Shown in pieces: positions 12,162 to 23,332 of a DNA stretch of 64,000 nt (within the stretch, counting starts at the first letter, position 1; each line of letters begins with the position of its first letter). Source of the DNA: Lepidodermella squamata. Its lineage: Eukaryota; Animalia; Gastrotricha. The position numbers and the translations under genes were made by a program. The notes under the pieces are model-generated. The model made no database searches. It had not been told where the DNA came from and worked only from the letters and a program-made list of their open reading frames with translations. Where the stretch lies: NCBI GenBank assembly GCA_047495785.1, contig JBLDXI010000017.1:1922001-1986000 (forward strand), read 5' to 3'.

Positions 12162-13225
12162 ATGGTTAGCTTTACTAAATATCAGGCATTTGCCTACTTG
12201 TTCACGATAGTGGCGTTTAGCGTAAGTCATTTGCCAGATTTAATTTGAATGCATGATAGCTGGATCTTTTGTTTCAGATATGCGGGACATTGAACATCCT
12301 TTGGTCATGGACGATGCCTCATTGGACCTCCAATTTGATAGCTGCATATTTCCTGCGCTTCAGTATTCTGTTGACCGTTGTCGGTGCTGTGCAGTTACTT
12401 TTGGGCATTTTGGTCTTCATGAGCAGCTATTTGATAGATCACCACCGTAACTGCTTCATCGCCTTAGTTATGGGATCTTGTATTGTCATGTTATTTGCCT
12501 TGGTTCCGCTGAGCTGGACGGCAGCTCGTTATCCTGGCGACTTCAAAGATCAGTTGGCGGAAGACTTGAAGAACGAAGTTCTATTCAACAGCAGCGATCG
12601 TATTTTGGGAATGGCATTCAAAAAAGTATGTTATTACCTAAGAACTTTCTCAAAGTTCTTGACCACGTCAAATTTTAGTTTAATTGCTGCGGAGTCTACA
12701 AAGAAAGCACCTGCTCGAGAAACTACCCGCCGTATATTTTCAATGTTTCTGATACGACGAATGCTACTAATCTCAATGTTTCTGATACGGCAAACGCTAC
12801 TAATCCTAACCCGTGTGCATCCGGTTCTCTGCTCTGCGTTGAAGTTTACTGACAACTAATTCCGAGTTCATGAATCACAAATTTTATATTTCAGGGATGT
12901 TTGAATGTTATTTGGAGAAAACTGGTGGTACCTTACAAAGCTAGAAGCCGGATTTTTGCAGAAGCCTCAATGATCGCTTCGGTATGTGAACGGTAAATTT
13001 CGCTTTCTCGTAAACTTTTCTAATTTTAGTTGATTGCACCGATTTTCTTGTTATCGTCAATGTACCGTAATTATGGCCCCAAAAAGAGAAGTAATTTTTA
13101 AATTGGAATTTGATTCAATAATTAAATTGCCGATTTCTACTTCAGTTCAATTTGATTTCCGGAGATTCGGCCCTAGATCTGTGACTGCTACTTATATCGC
13201 GGAAAAATCTTACCAAAACATGTAA
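12162..13225 (+). CDS. Divergent tetraspanin 1, about 6 exons
   Basis: Four hydrophobic segments; exon starting FNCCG at ~12679; GC before TM4; C-terminal YQNM (YxxPhi) sorting motif. Confidence 0.8.
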
Positions 13226-14084
13226 CCGGTGATGAATTTCACGGCTGACTGTCGATCTGTGTTGCTCAAATTTCAAATATTATAGTCTCTATTTGCGCAG
13301 AATTAATAAATGATAATTTTGATATTTAATTTCATGTCGCTTATTGATCTGACACGAGGGACAGCTACATATTTTCGATAAAACGATTGCTATTTAGCAG
13401 GCCGTAAATCTTGCCTCACGAGTGTCACAAAGTTGTTTACGCTGTTCGTTTTGAGTGACGCGTATGTTTGTTGCTATTAGATTCTACACGAATGACCGAA
13501 AAATCGATTGCTATATTGTATACTTAGTCAAGGCTTCAGCGACGGCGCTGTTTATTTCATTATTATAGCCGCTGCCAGTATAGCCAGAGTGGCAAAATTA
13601 GCTGGCTTTGTATCGCAGAACTAGTCCGATGCTTATTGCCCCCACTCTAGAATGAAAGTTTAGCAGGTGTATCGCAAGAAATAAAAGCCAGCCTAATTTT
13701 TCTATTTAGTTATTGAAAATGCCCTGCCTGGGATATAGTATAGTGCATTTATATAACAAGTGACCATCGCTCGCATGACTTACGCACTATATTCCATTCA
13801 TACTCTATAGAGCAGGATTTAATTCACAGTGTCTGCAGGCAAATACGTGTTTTTGCCTCGTCTAGTAGTCGTATGAGTGTATATTGGCAGCATTTCACCT
13901 TATACCTACCTGACTCTTTTTATACAAACGCAGCCGCGCGTGTGGTTACGTTATGTTTTTCAGGCAATATAATAATTCCATGTGTTGTATAACGGCTCTT
14001 TTCCGCTGCGAATAGCACCATTCCTTATCGTAGACAGTTCTTGAGCATTTATTTCCCTCAGGTAAAAAAAAATCCGCTTTATAT

Positions 14085-16251
14085 ATGGAAGAAAATTACA
14101 GCCTGTTTGAGAAAGTTGCATTTCTATTCTCAATCGTTACATTTACGGTAAATTTTTCCTTTCCGAATAATCTCCAACAAAATGCGGTGTCTCGATAGTT
14201 ATCTGGCTGTGTGGATTTGCTGTGGGCCTGGGGCCTCGGCCGATGGGTGACTACACCGGTGACGCCGATTTTCGGCCCCCACACCACGTTACTAACCGCC
14301 CTAGGAGTTCTGCAGCTTTTCGTCAGCGCGGCTGTTCTGATGACGAGCTATGCGGTTGACGAGCATAGCAAACGCCGCCATGTCATGTTTTACATTGCTG
14401 TTCTAGCGACATGTTTCATCATTTTGGCCTGCGTGTGTCCGCTGGCGGTTTTCACGGCTCGGCAGCAGTTGGACGCGAAAGGCAAGCTGTTGGACGATTT
14501 GGCAGTTGAAGCGGCTGGAAATTCAACGGCTAGCATTTTCGAGATGGCTCATCAAAAGGTGAGAATTTTCTCGATTTTTCGAACTTTTTGTTCAATAAGG
14601 TCTGAAATTTGAGCCCAAAGTGGTTGATTCCTTGTTTCCTTCAAAATTGCCTTAGACGAATTATCTATTTTTACCTGATTTATGGGAATTTTAAATTTGA
14701 TTGGCTAACCTTGGATTTCTTTATAGGCTAGGTACAGTTATTCTTTTAGCGGTGTGGTGAGCTGTAAGTGGTAGCTGTTAACGGATAAGTGGGTTTTTGA
14801 AGCTACCCGGTAGATTTCATGCCACCAATTTTATACAAAAACACCCTTTTACTTCTCGATTTGGGTCAAATCGAAAATCGAAAACCCAGGCAAAATCAAT
14901 GGAATATATTCGTTCTATATAGGTTAAAGCGATCGGGACCAAGGACTAAGCAGGGCCACTCGACCTTGGCCTCATGGCTGAGTATGACTAAAGCTCTAGA
15001 TACTCCGATTTCGAAGTCAAATGTGTCATTTGAAAGCTGTCATCGATAGGAATCTGCTGGTGAAAACGCCATTGCCATAGGGTCCCAGAATCAGGGATAT
15101 TAGATATCTCGAGGCCTAAACTAGGTCGGCTGGTGGTGCCAATCGATGTGAAAGGAAGACCATTTTTCCAATTAGGAAAAAGGAGATTGTAGAATATAGT
15201 ATCAATGAATTTTCCTGTCGAATTTTCGTTCTGAGAAAATCCGTATTTTAATGTAAAATCGGCGTCTAGGTGACTATTCCGGCTAAGTTACCCTAGACCA
15301 CGGCACCAAAGTTTCCGGTTTTTCACCTGTAAAACGCCTCGTCGGATTTGTATTTATTCTTCGATTTCAGATTCGATTAAAAAATTTCATACAAAAATTG
15401 TTGGTAATTTTCAAGATATTAGGGTACCATAACGGCATCTTAATATTTATTCTCAGCTTCAATTGCTGAATTTTCTGAATGTCGAATTTTGCTCCTATCA
15501 CCGTATTTTCAAGTCGAAATCCTAATGTTTCCAATCCTCAATAAGAGATACCTTAGTCTAAGGTTACTTAGGCTAAAATCACCTTGTTATGGCTAAAGCT
15601 TTACGCTATTGGTTATATTTTCATCCAATTATAGTTCAACTGCTGTGGCATTGCCAATGAAACAACGTGTTCTCAAGACTACCCGCCGATTTTGCTCCAT
15701 TTTACCGATCAATTCAGCGAAGAATTGAACGCCACGATCACAACAAATTCTTCCGAAATTCTGTGCCCAAGCGGATCAGATAAATGCTCATTCGGCTGCG
15801 TCGAGCCGATCTATTACGAACTCATCCTTCCGTACCTTCCTATTGCCTCTTACCTGGCCTATGCTACCATTGGATTAACGGTTCAATTTTATCCTCAATT
15901 TTTTTCGTTATAATTTTAATTAATTTCTTGTATGAATAGGTGTTATGCCCGATTTTATTGCTGACGTCAGTGTTTCGGAAGACGATCACTGGTGTGTGCT
16001 TTAGAAATCGGAGGACTGATCAGCGTCGGGTCAATAAAACGCGGACTGATAGTGGCAACAGCAGTGGTGGGAAGAGGCGGACTACAAGTGACAGCACGCC
16101 GTCCGGCGTGGATGATTTCGACGATGACAGCCTGCCCGACTGCCGGCCTCTCACGAGTCACACTGAATCGTTCGAAATTAATTCGCCAAACAGCGATAAA
16201 ACTGCCTCATCTAGATCTAATAACCAAAATAGAGCCAATCAAAAAGTTTAA
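14085..16251 (+). CDS. Divergent tetraspanin 2 (tandem paralog) with a ~1.07-kb intron
   Basis: MEENYSLFEKVAFLFSIVTFT|LSGCVDLLWAW parallels paralog 1; FNCCG exon at 15634; GC motif; intron 14559-15633. Confidence 0.8.
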
Positions 16252-16509
16252 TTTTTTTCAAATTAGATTCTATCAATTTACAAGATCTTGTGTGCCTTGT
16301 TATATTCCAAATAAATGACGCTACTTGATATTTCGGAAAATAAAAAAGTTGAAAAGGATTATGATGGAATATATTTTGCTGTTAAATCGGGAATCAAATG
16401 AGTCGAGCGAATCGATTGCGCATTTCAACGAGTCGCTTTATTGCGCAACAACATGGAAATAAGATGCGACGATTTTAAATCAAAATTCAACAAATTTTTC
16501 GAAGTTTAA

Positions 16510-17144
16510 CAGCAAGTATCATGGCTTTCACAAAAAAGAACACCCGAGACAAAGACTACGTTTTACCGGGTCATCGCGACGTGCTGCAACCACCGAAATA
16601 CGACAAAACCTTTGTAAAATTGGATTTTATTGTTGTTGAATAATTTTCAGATTTTTTCAAAAGGATTTTGACATCGTTGATGAGTACACGAATTTTCCGT
16701 TCGATGGTGAGAAGTTGCCACAAAAGCCGAAGCCGGTCAAACCTAAATTTCGTCCAATCACTGCTGTAACTTTTCAGAATAAGCCGATTCAACTATTTCG
16801 ACTATCATTTTCTATTTTTTTCAGAAAGAGCCAGCCGCACCTCAAAATCCAGCTGTACCTGAGCGAAGTCAGCTGAAGCCAAAATCGAAACTATCGAATA
16901 GGGCCCATTTAAATGAGGTTCGAATCAATAACGATTATCGGTTATTTAGTGACATTGAAAATTGGCTCGACAACATGCCTGACAACAATGAAATCGAAGC
17001 AGTTGATTGGGATCCAACGTTGATCGACATGCCTAATACCGCATCGGAACGTCAAAATAAGGAAAGTTCTCAACCTATGAGTCGCATGGATTCTTTAATT
17101 TACAACGATCCCGCATCGGAAGCATTTTCGGAATGCCAACAATA
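16510..17144 (+). CDS. Possible small multi-exon gene of unknown function
   Basis: Phase-compatible exons ~16513-16613, 16652-16707 and open frame 16825-17144 (KEPAAPQNP...SECQQ*); no start codon or family identified. Confidence 0.3.
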
Positions 17145-17599
17145 AACCTTCGTGAGGATTTTTACATATGTGATTTTCAACTTTTTCAATTTAATATCAC
17201 TGCACTATTCCTGAGCAAATTCTGCGGCGTAAAATGCTGACAGATTTTTTAAGCTATAATAAAAAAGGAACAGTTTATTATTTAAATGATGCCTTCAAAA
17301 TCTCATTTTCAACCATTCTCTTAATATACTTGTGCACATTTCATAATAAAATTGTCGGCATTTTCAAGACAAGGCGATTATTTTTTGCAGCGTTTTTTTC
17401 CGCCGTAATTCTTGCATGCTATATAGTTGCCACAGTCGACGTCGATGAATAATCATACATCTCACAGCCGTATATGAAAAAGTACTGAGGCACGTAGGGT
17501 TGTGTAAATAATCGTTATACTACAGCGGCTGGTATGCACGCATGTTGTCACCTTTGAGTGAGCGAATGATAAAGCAATTATTACTGGGTGAAAACGGTC

Positions 17600-17671
17600 G
17601 GCTCAGTAGCTTAGAGGTAGAGCATCTGTCTTGTAAACAGAAGGTCGCGGGTTCGATTCCCGTCTGGGCCT
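17600..17671 (+). tRNA. tRNA-Thr(TGT)
   Basis: Acceptor stem GGCTCAG/CTGGGCC, anticodon arm TCTGT-CTTGTAA-ACAGA, T arm GCGGG-TTCGATT-CCCGT, T-run terminator at ~17681. Confidence 0.95.
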
Positions 17672-17838
17672 CCGCAAATCTTTTTTATTTTTATTTTTCA
17701 TTTTTTATTTTTATTTTTATTTTTTCATTATATATTTCTTGCATGATTTCTTGGGCATCACTGGTAAATGAGGAAATAATATTATGGCATGCCGTATCAT
17801 CTTGAGCAACGAATCGACGACAATCAGTTCAACTTCGG

Positions 17839-19096
17839 CTAGAACAAATCTGAAAATATTCAACTTCACCGCATATAACATCGAATTAGACGAATTTTCT
17901 CACCTATCACCCCGCTTCGTGCACTTGCGAGCAAGGCATCGACTGAAGTATTGCCTTTTGGTGGCGGTGACGAAAGCCGGCCAAGTTTGTAGCCTTTCAT
18001 TTCAATCAAATCGTCAATAATTCGCGTTACATCTTCCCGAGCTGATTCTACGCCAAACGCAGCAATCCGATAGAGTAAAACTGAAATTTTCAGAATGTGA
18101 AATTAAATGCAAACAGAGACTATTATTTTTTACCTTCCATAACCCTCATTTGAGGACCAATTAGGCCCATTAATACCGCTGCCTGCCGACTAACATTTTT
18201 CGTTTCAAGAATTACCGGGTAAATGTCACGCATTCCCAAAGTGGTATCAACATCAGAGATCGTAGACACGAGCTGTAGGCCATGGCTATCTAGGGGCTCA
18301 ACCAATTTAACGCCATTTTTGACCATTAAACTAGCAAAGTCCTCTTCACTTGTGGCATTCATGGCTTGCTTCGAGTTATCAATTTGCGATTGCATGGCTA
18401 GCTCGACACATTTTCGAGTAAGGACCATACCGATTTTAGGATTCAACTTTTGAGCGATCATTATTGCCTGATGAGGAGAAAATCGGCTAAGGAATAATCG
18501 AAGATTTTCCATTATCGCATAGCTTGAATCGTCCACTATCAAAATCCAATCGAATTTGTTTCTAGACTTGTATATATGCCTATATATAGGAAAATACATC
18601 ACCAAAATCGTTAAAATAGCCCGTTATCTTACTTCAGCATGAAGAAAGTCATGGCCGATGTCCCTTTTTCCGCCTTTGATGGAAATACGGCCGTTTTCAA
18701 GAGATGATCACCTGAATTGCTGATAAATAACAGACGATCACACCTTGCACCCCAAGTTTGTTTGATGAAATCGCCGTGAGATCGATGATTCTCCGACCTC
18801 GTCCTCACAAAACACATCACCCTAATCGAGGCGCGTAACACGTCCGCAATAGCCACTTGATCGGCGTAATTTTCGAGAATGAAACGGTTCGATTCTTCGT
18901 AGTTATCTATTACTGTTGTATTAGTCGCGTTATCATCACCGATTTCTTCGGAATTCGAGGCCGATCTAAATCGATGGCTGCACGTGATTAGAATAGGATT
19001 TTTGGCGATCTGAGGCAAAATGACACAAAGTAGATAGCTAATTGCTAACCCAACGGCAAAGCTAAGGTACGATGCCGGCGAGATATTATGTCGCAT
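17839..19096 (-). CDS. Degenerate C1GALT1-like paralog (type II membrane protein), about 4 exons
   Basis: N-terminal TM; IRVMCFV, TWGARCDRLLF, FDWILIVDDSSYAIMENLR; DDD motif reads DDS and the central catalytic motifs are eroded. Confidence 0.8.
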
Positions 19097-19270
19097 GGTT
19101 CAAAAAAAACGTTTAATCGAAAGAAAAAAAATTTACTTCACACATCATGTCAAAGTAAATGTTTGACTAATCGGCTTTTCGAGGAAATAATAGAAGCCAG
19201 GCATGTATATTAGTTATGCAAGAAATAGAATTGCAAGAAACACGGGGAATATCGATTAACAGTAACATAT

Positions 19271-20811
19271 TCAATTCAAGGGTTTGAAAGACATCAGAGC
19301 CAGACTGTCCGGCATTCCTGGAAGCAGGCGATTATTGTTCAGAGGAACAACCGGATAGCCGGGTGCATAAGATATCGGGCCCATACCAAATTGTTGGATA
19401 ACCATGGTAGATTGCTTATCAGCTGTTTGCATCTTCGTTGCTTTTGTTGTTCGGGTTGAAATATTACTGTCAACGGTAACTTGGCCGGGCGCATAAGATT
19501 TCAGGCCCATATTGAATTTGTCGATAATTTGGGTAGATAACGTAGTAGCTGGTTTTTGCATCTCTGTCGCTTTTGTTGTTTGGGTTGAATTATCACTCTG
19601 AACGGCAACTTGGCGCGGCCGACCTGAGAGATAGGTACTTAGCTGTTTGAAAATTTCAACCTTTAATAAAAATTCACCTGATTTTCTCAAGTTATTGTAG
19701 CCATTCTCCTTAAGGAGATTTTTCACAGTTGAATGATCAATTTGACCCTCAAATTTCGTCCCATACGGTCTTAGGCTGTGAATCAAAACTGAGCAATCGA
19801 CTGTAATGATTTTTCGAGAGAAATTGATAGAAAAACTCACAATCCAGCGTGTTCATTTGCCTCCCGGGGACGTGATGGAACAATGCTGAAGTTGGGCTGA
19901 TTCCAGCCGGGCCGGCGACGAACGGGTGAACATCGCCGCGCAGCCCGCTGAGTTCGAAGCTCAACAAATCTCGCAGCACGTGAACATCAGGCGAAAACGT
20001 GAAAAATCGCTGCCGGCCTTGATCATCGCGCGAATCAGCCACCTTAACGCCAAGCGCTCTCAAACAGTTGCCGAGTTCAACATCTTCCCCATCGCCCTTG
20101 GGTTCGTCAATTTTGCAGCCCTCAACATCGCCTTTGAACGCCTCGGAGCCGAATTTTTCTAAGGCCTTTCGATTTATCGCGTAGCCGGAGCCCCTGAGGA
20201 AACCCTGGATATGCCGGCCCATCATCAAAGGCTGGTCGGGGGAGAAATGGCTGAATAAAAACCGCATATTTTCCATGATCACGTAACTATCATCATCGGC
20301 TTTCAGAAACCAGTCGAACTCATCGAGATGGTTTTCATAGGCAAGCCTGAAATCAAAACACTAGTTTTTCGCCGATTTTTCAATATTGAATTTACTTGAA
20401 CATGGCCTTGGTTTTGCTCCAGAGAGCTGTATAATCTGAGTCGGTTGATGCGATAAAGGCGCCGATAGCATCGTCCTTTTCATCGCTAGCAAAGACAAGT
20501 TTATCGCATTTTTTGCCCCAACTTTGGTAGACGAAATCAGCCCGATCACGGTGATATTTCGCCGTTGTTAAAACCAGGCACATAACTTTGACGGATTTTC
20601 GCAGATAATCCGCCATTTCACGATTCGGCTGCTTCACTTCAATCACCGGTTCGATGCCATCACGCCTAGCGAAATAATCGACCAAGTAACTACGGCCTCG
20701 ACAGAATAGCGATCGATTTTCGATCAAGACAGGCGCAATATTCAATATAGCATAGCCGGTGATCAAACCGGAAAAAAGGCTTGGTATATTGAATTTTTCG
20801 AAAATTACCAT
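19271..20811 (-). CDS. C1GALT1: Core 1 beta-1,3-galactosyltransferase (T-synthase) with a repeat-containing tail, 3 exons
   Basis: VMCLVLT, SWGKKCDKL, LWSKTK, FDWFLKADDDSYVIMEN, GSGY, EDVELGNCL, DSRD, FHHV, LRPYG. Confidence 0.9.
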
Positions 20812-21023
20812 TTTTTTCTACAATAGCCAAATCAATCTTCTTTAGGTGCAGTTCAAGTCATTTTTGTTGGCTTTCTCTTACGCTTGTTAATTGTTAATAG
20901 GAATAAATTAATAATGAACCAAGTTGCATGGGAAAGGGCAGCTTCATTTTTAATAAGTTCCATAATATTATAAACCTCCAACAAGGCTTTCCGGAAAAAT
21001 GCAATAAAAAAATACGTCTTATA

Positions 21024-21092
21024 CACGTGTGAATATGCAAACATATTATTTAGGCGTATTGGCGCCCATAATAAAAAGTGGATGAAATTCTC
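21024..21092 (+). promoter_or_regulatory. U4 upstream elements (E-box/octamer-like and PSE-like)
   Basis: CACGTGTGAATATGCAAA and CCATAATAAAAAGTGGATGAAATTCTC (-41) recur at equivalent positions upstream of copy 3; the PSE-like part also upstream of copy 2. Confidence 0.6.
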
Positions 21093-21106
21093 GAAAAATT
21101 TGAATT

Positions 21107-21244
21107 AGCTTTGCGCAGTGGCAGTTCCATACTCAGTGAGGTGCAAACCGAGAGGTGGAAATTGCTAATTGAAAACTACCCCAATTACCCGCTCTGAGGA
21201 CCTACGGGTCCGCTGTAGCACTTTCTGGAGCCCCACAAGGGGCT
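21107..21244 (+). ncRNA. U4: U4 spliceosomal snRNA, copy 1
   Basis: Starts AGCTTTGCGCAGTGGCAGT (U6 stem II); kink-turn 5' stem-loop; TTGCTAATTGAAAACT (stem I); two 3' hairpins flanking the Sm-site position. Confidence 0.95.
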
Positions 21245-21473
21245 TTTGAAACTGAAATACAAATATCTTGGCCCACGCCACACCGTACTTGACCACACAA
21301 AAATACTTGATGTCAGTTTTTGCGTATAATAATGACGTGAAAAATAAGAAAATTCTCACGCGCTGAGGAATAAAATGCGCACAAAACTTGATTACGCCAA
21401 GTTTAGACAGATGATTCGATGGGTTAAGTGCGGTATAATAGAGTAAACAACTCTGCTGCCTGAACGGAAAAAA

Positions 21474-23309
21474 ATGTATTCACCATCACTTCTTTATCTC
21501 GGCATTCCGGAATTTATCGGGAAAATAATGTTACATAAAATACTAGGATGGTGCACTGTTCTATTTTTTATCGTATCATCGCTCATTCTCACCGCGATAT
21601 CGGAAACCTCGCCATCGGAAGCCAGTAGCGAGGATGATATCAGTCATTTTGCAATATCTGGTAATAAAAATATTAATTTTTGACTGATTTATGTCGAATA
21701 ACGTGCTAATTGCAGCTCATAGCGCTGATTACCCGGAACATCTATTGCTGAAACGGCTGACCGATCGCAGTTCGTACAGCAGGCTGGTGAAGCCTAACAA
21801 CAAACACAGTCCTAACAACACTTTAATCGTCCGGTCGCGGTTGTACATGATTCGAATACAGGAAATCGACGAGGCCACTGAGACTTTAAGATCTTCGATA
21901 AGAGTCCAACTGGTAATTTTTCAAAAATTGTTATCACGAATTTCATTAGGCTGATTTAGACCTGGCGAGATCCTACGTTATCATGGTCTCCTCAACAATA
22001 CGGCGGGCTGAAAGAGTTGGTAGTACCGAGTAATTTACTCTGGCTGCCTCCGATGCAAATCTCAAACGCCGTGGACACTGCCGAAGATGTGTTACGTGAC
22101 ACTAATTTCCCACTCCGGCTTCACTTTGATGGCAATGTCTGGTACCACCCAACCGGGAAAGTGGCCACTCGTTGCAAATTCGATCACACATTCTTCCCGT
22201 ACGACTCTCAGCGATGTGTCATCATCGTAGAATCGGCGATCTATCAAGAACGTGAACTGAAGCTAGCAATTAGAGCTGACGATCAGCAATCAGCTGTTTC
22301 GCTCGGAATGCTCGCGGAAAATGGTATTTTAATAATTAAATTTAAAATGAATTTAAACTAAAATTTTATTTAATACGTGAACTTTAATTTTATTAATAAT
22401 AATAAATAATAATTTTATATAATATTTTAAAATATTCCAAATTTTTCTGAAATTCTATTTGCAGATGTTTGGGACTTGCTCGAGGAGGGAGTCGGAGGAT
22501 TTTCGACGTCTTATAAGACTGGTTTTCGAACTTCGTTCAGCCGAATCCACTTCGTCATTGTCATGCGCCGCCGATCAGCATTTTTCGCTATTACAGTAAT
22601 AATTCCAGCTGTTCTACTTGCTGCTATCACCCTCCTAAATTACCTCGTCCCAGTTCACTACAACGACCGGCCTATTCAAGCAGTGACAACCTTAACAGCT
22701 GTAGCGTTGTTCGAATTGATGATAGCGGAAAAATTGCCTAAAAATTCCGCAAATTGCTACCTTAATATTTACATCACTGTCATTTTGTGCTCGTCGGCTT
22801 TTACTATTCTTATGACCAGTATCTGCCTGGCTATCATCGACCCGGGACGATTTATTTCCGCGCCTTGGGGTATTCCGGATTTGATCGCCGCAATAAGACG
22901 CTGCTGGGCGAGACGAAGTGAAAATTCGCCGACATTTTCGCGTGATTTACGAGGTTGGGTACCTGATTTCAACGACACGCCTAGCACTTCAAAATCTGCC
23001 CAAATTCGTCGGCGTGATTCATTAAGCCGTCGGAGAGCAATGTTGAAGCTCCGGCATGGCGTATACCCGGCTCGCTATTTCCAGCGCCAGAAGGCGAAAT
23101 CTCAACGAATAGCGAATAGGAGACGGCTAGCTAAATCGAAATCGGCGTGGATGATGGCCTACGCCGCTAACTGGATTGGTTTCGGGGTCTGCCTAGTCGC
23201 ACTCATCGTTGTGCCTGTGTTTGCCTTTTTTCATAGATTAATATCTGAGGAAAAACTTTCCTATCAAGATTTCGAAGCTGGGGCAGCTGTGCATTATTAC
23301 GGGGAATAA
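21474..23309 (+). CDS. Divergent Cys-loop ligand-gated ion channel subunit (nAChR/5-HT3-like, non-alpha), 4 exons
   Basis: Signal peptide, W.D..L.W, LWLP, Cys loop CKFDHTFFPYDSQRC, RR before M1, four TMs, LP after M2; introns 21661-21715, ~21913-21959, ~22324-22464; start may be 21528. Confidence 0.92.
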
Positions 23310-23332
23310 ACGCGATTTTTTTATTAAACATC

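Noticed and set aside
14600-15600. Probable non-autonomous transposon inflating the tetraspanin intron
   Set aside because: The intron is about 20 times the typical length, but I could not define TIRs, a TSD or coding remnants.
21107-21244. The thrice-repeated 138-nt sequence as a SINE or MITE
   Set aside because: Matches U4 snRNA in sequence and structure; no TSD, poly-A tail or TIR.
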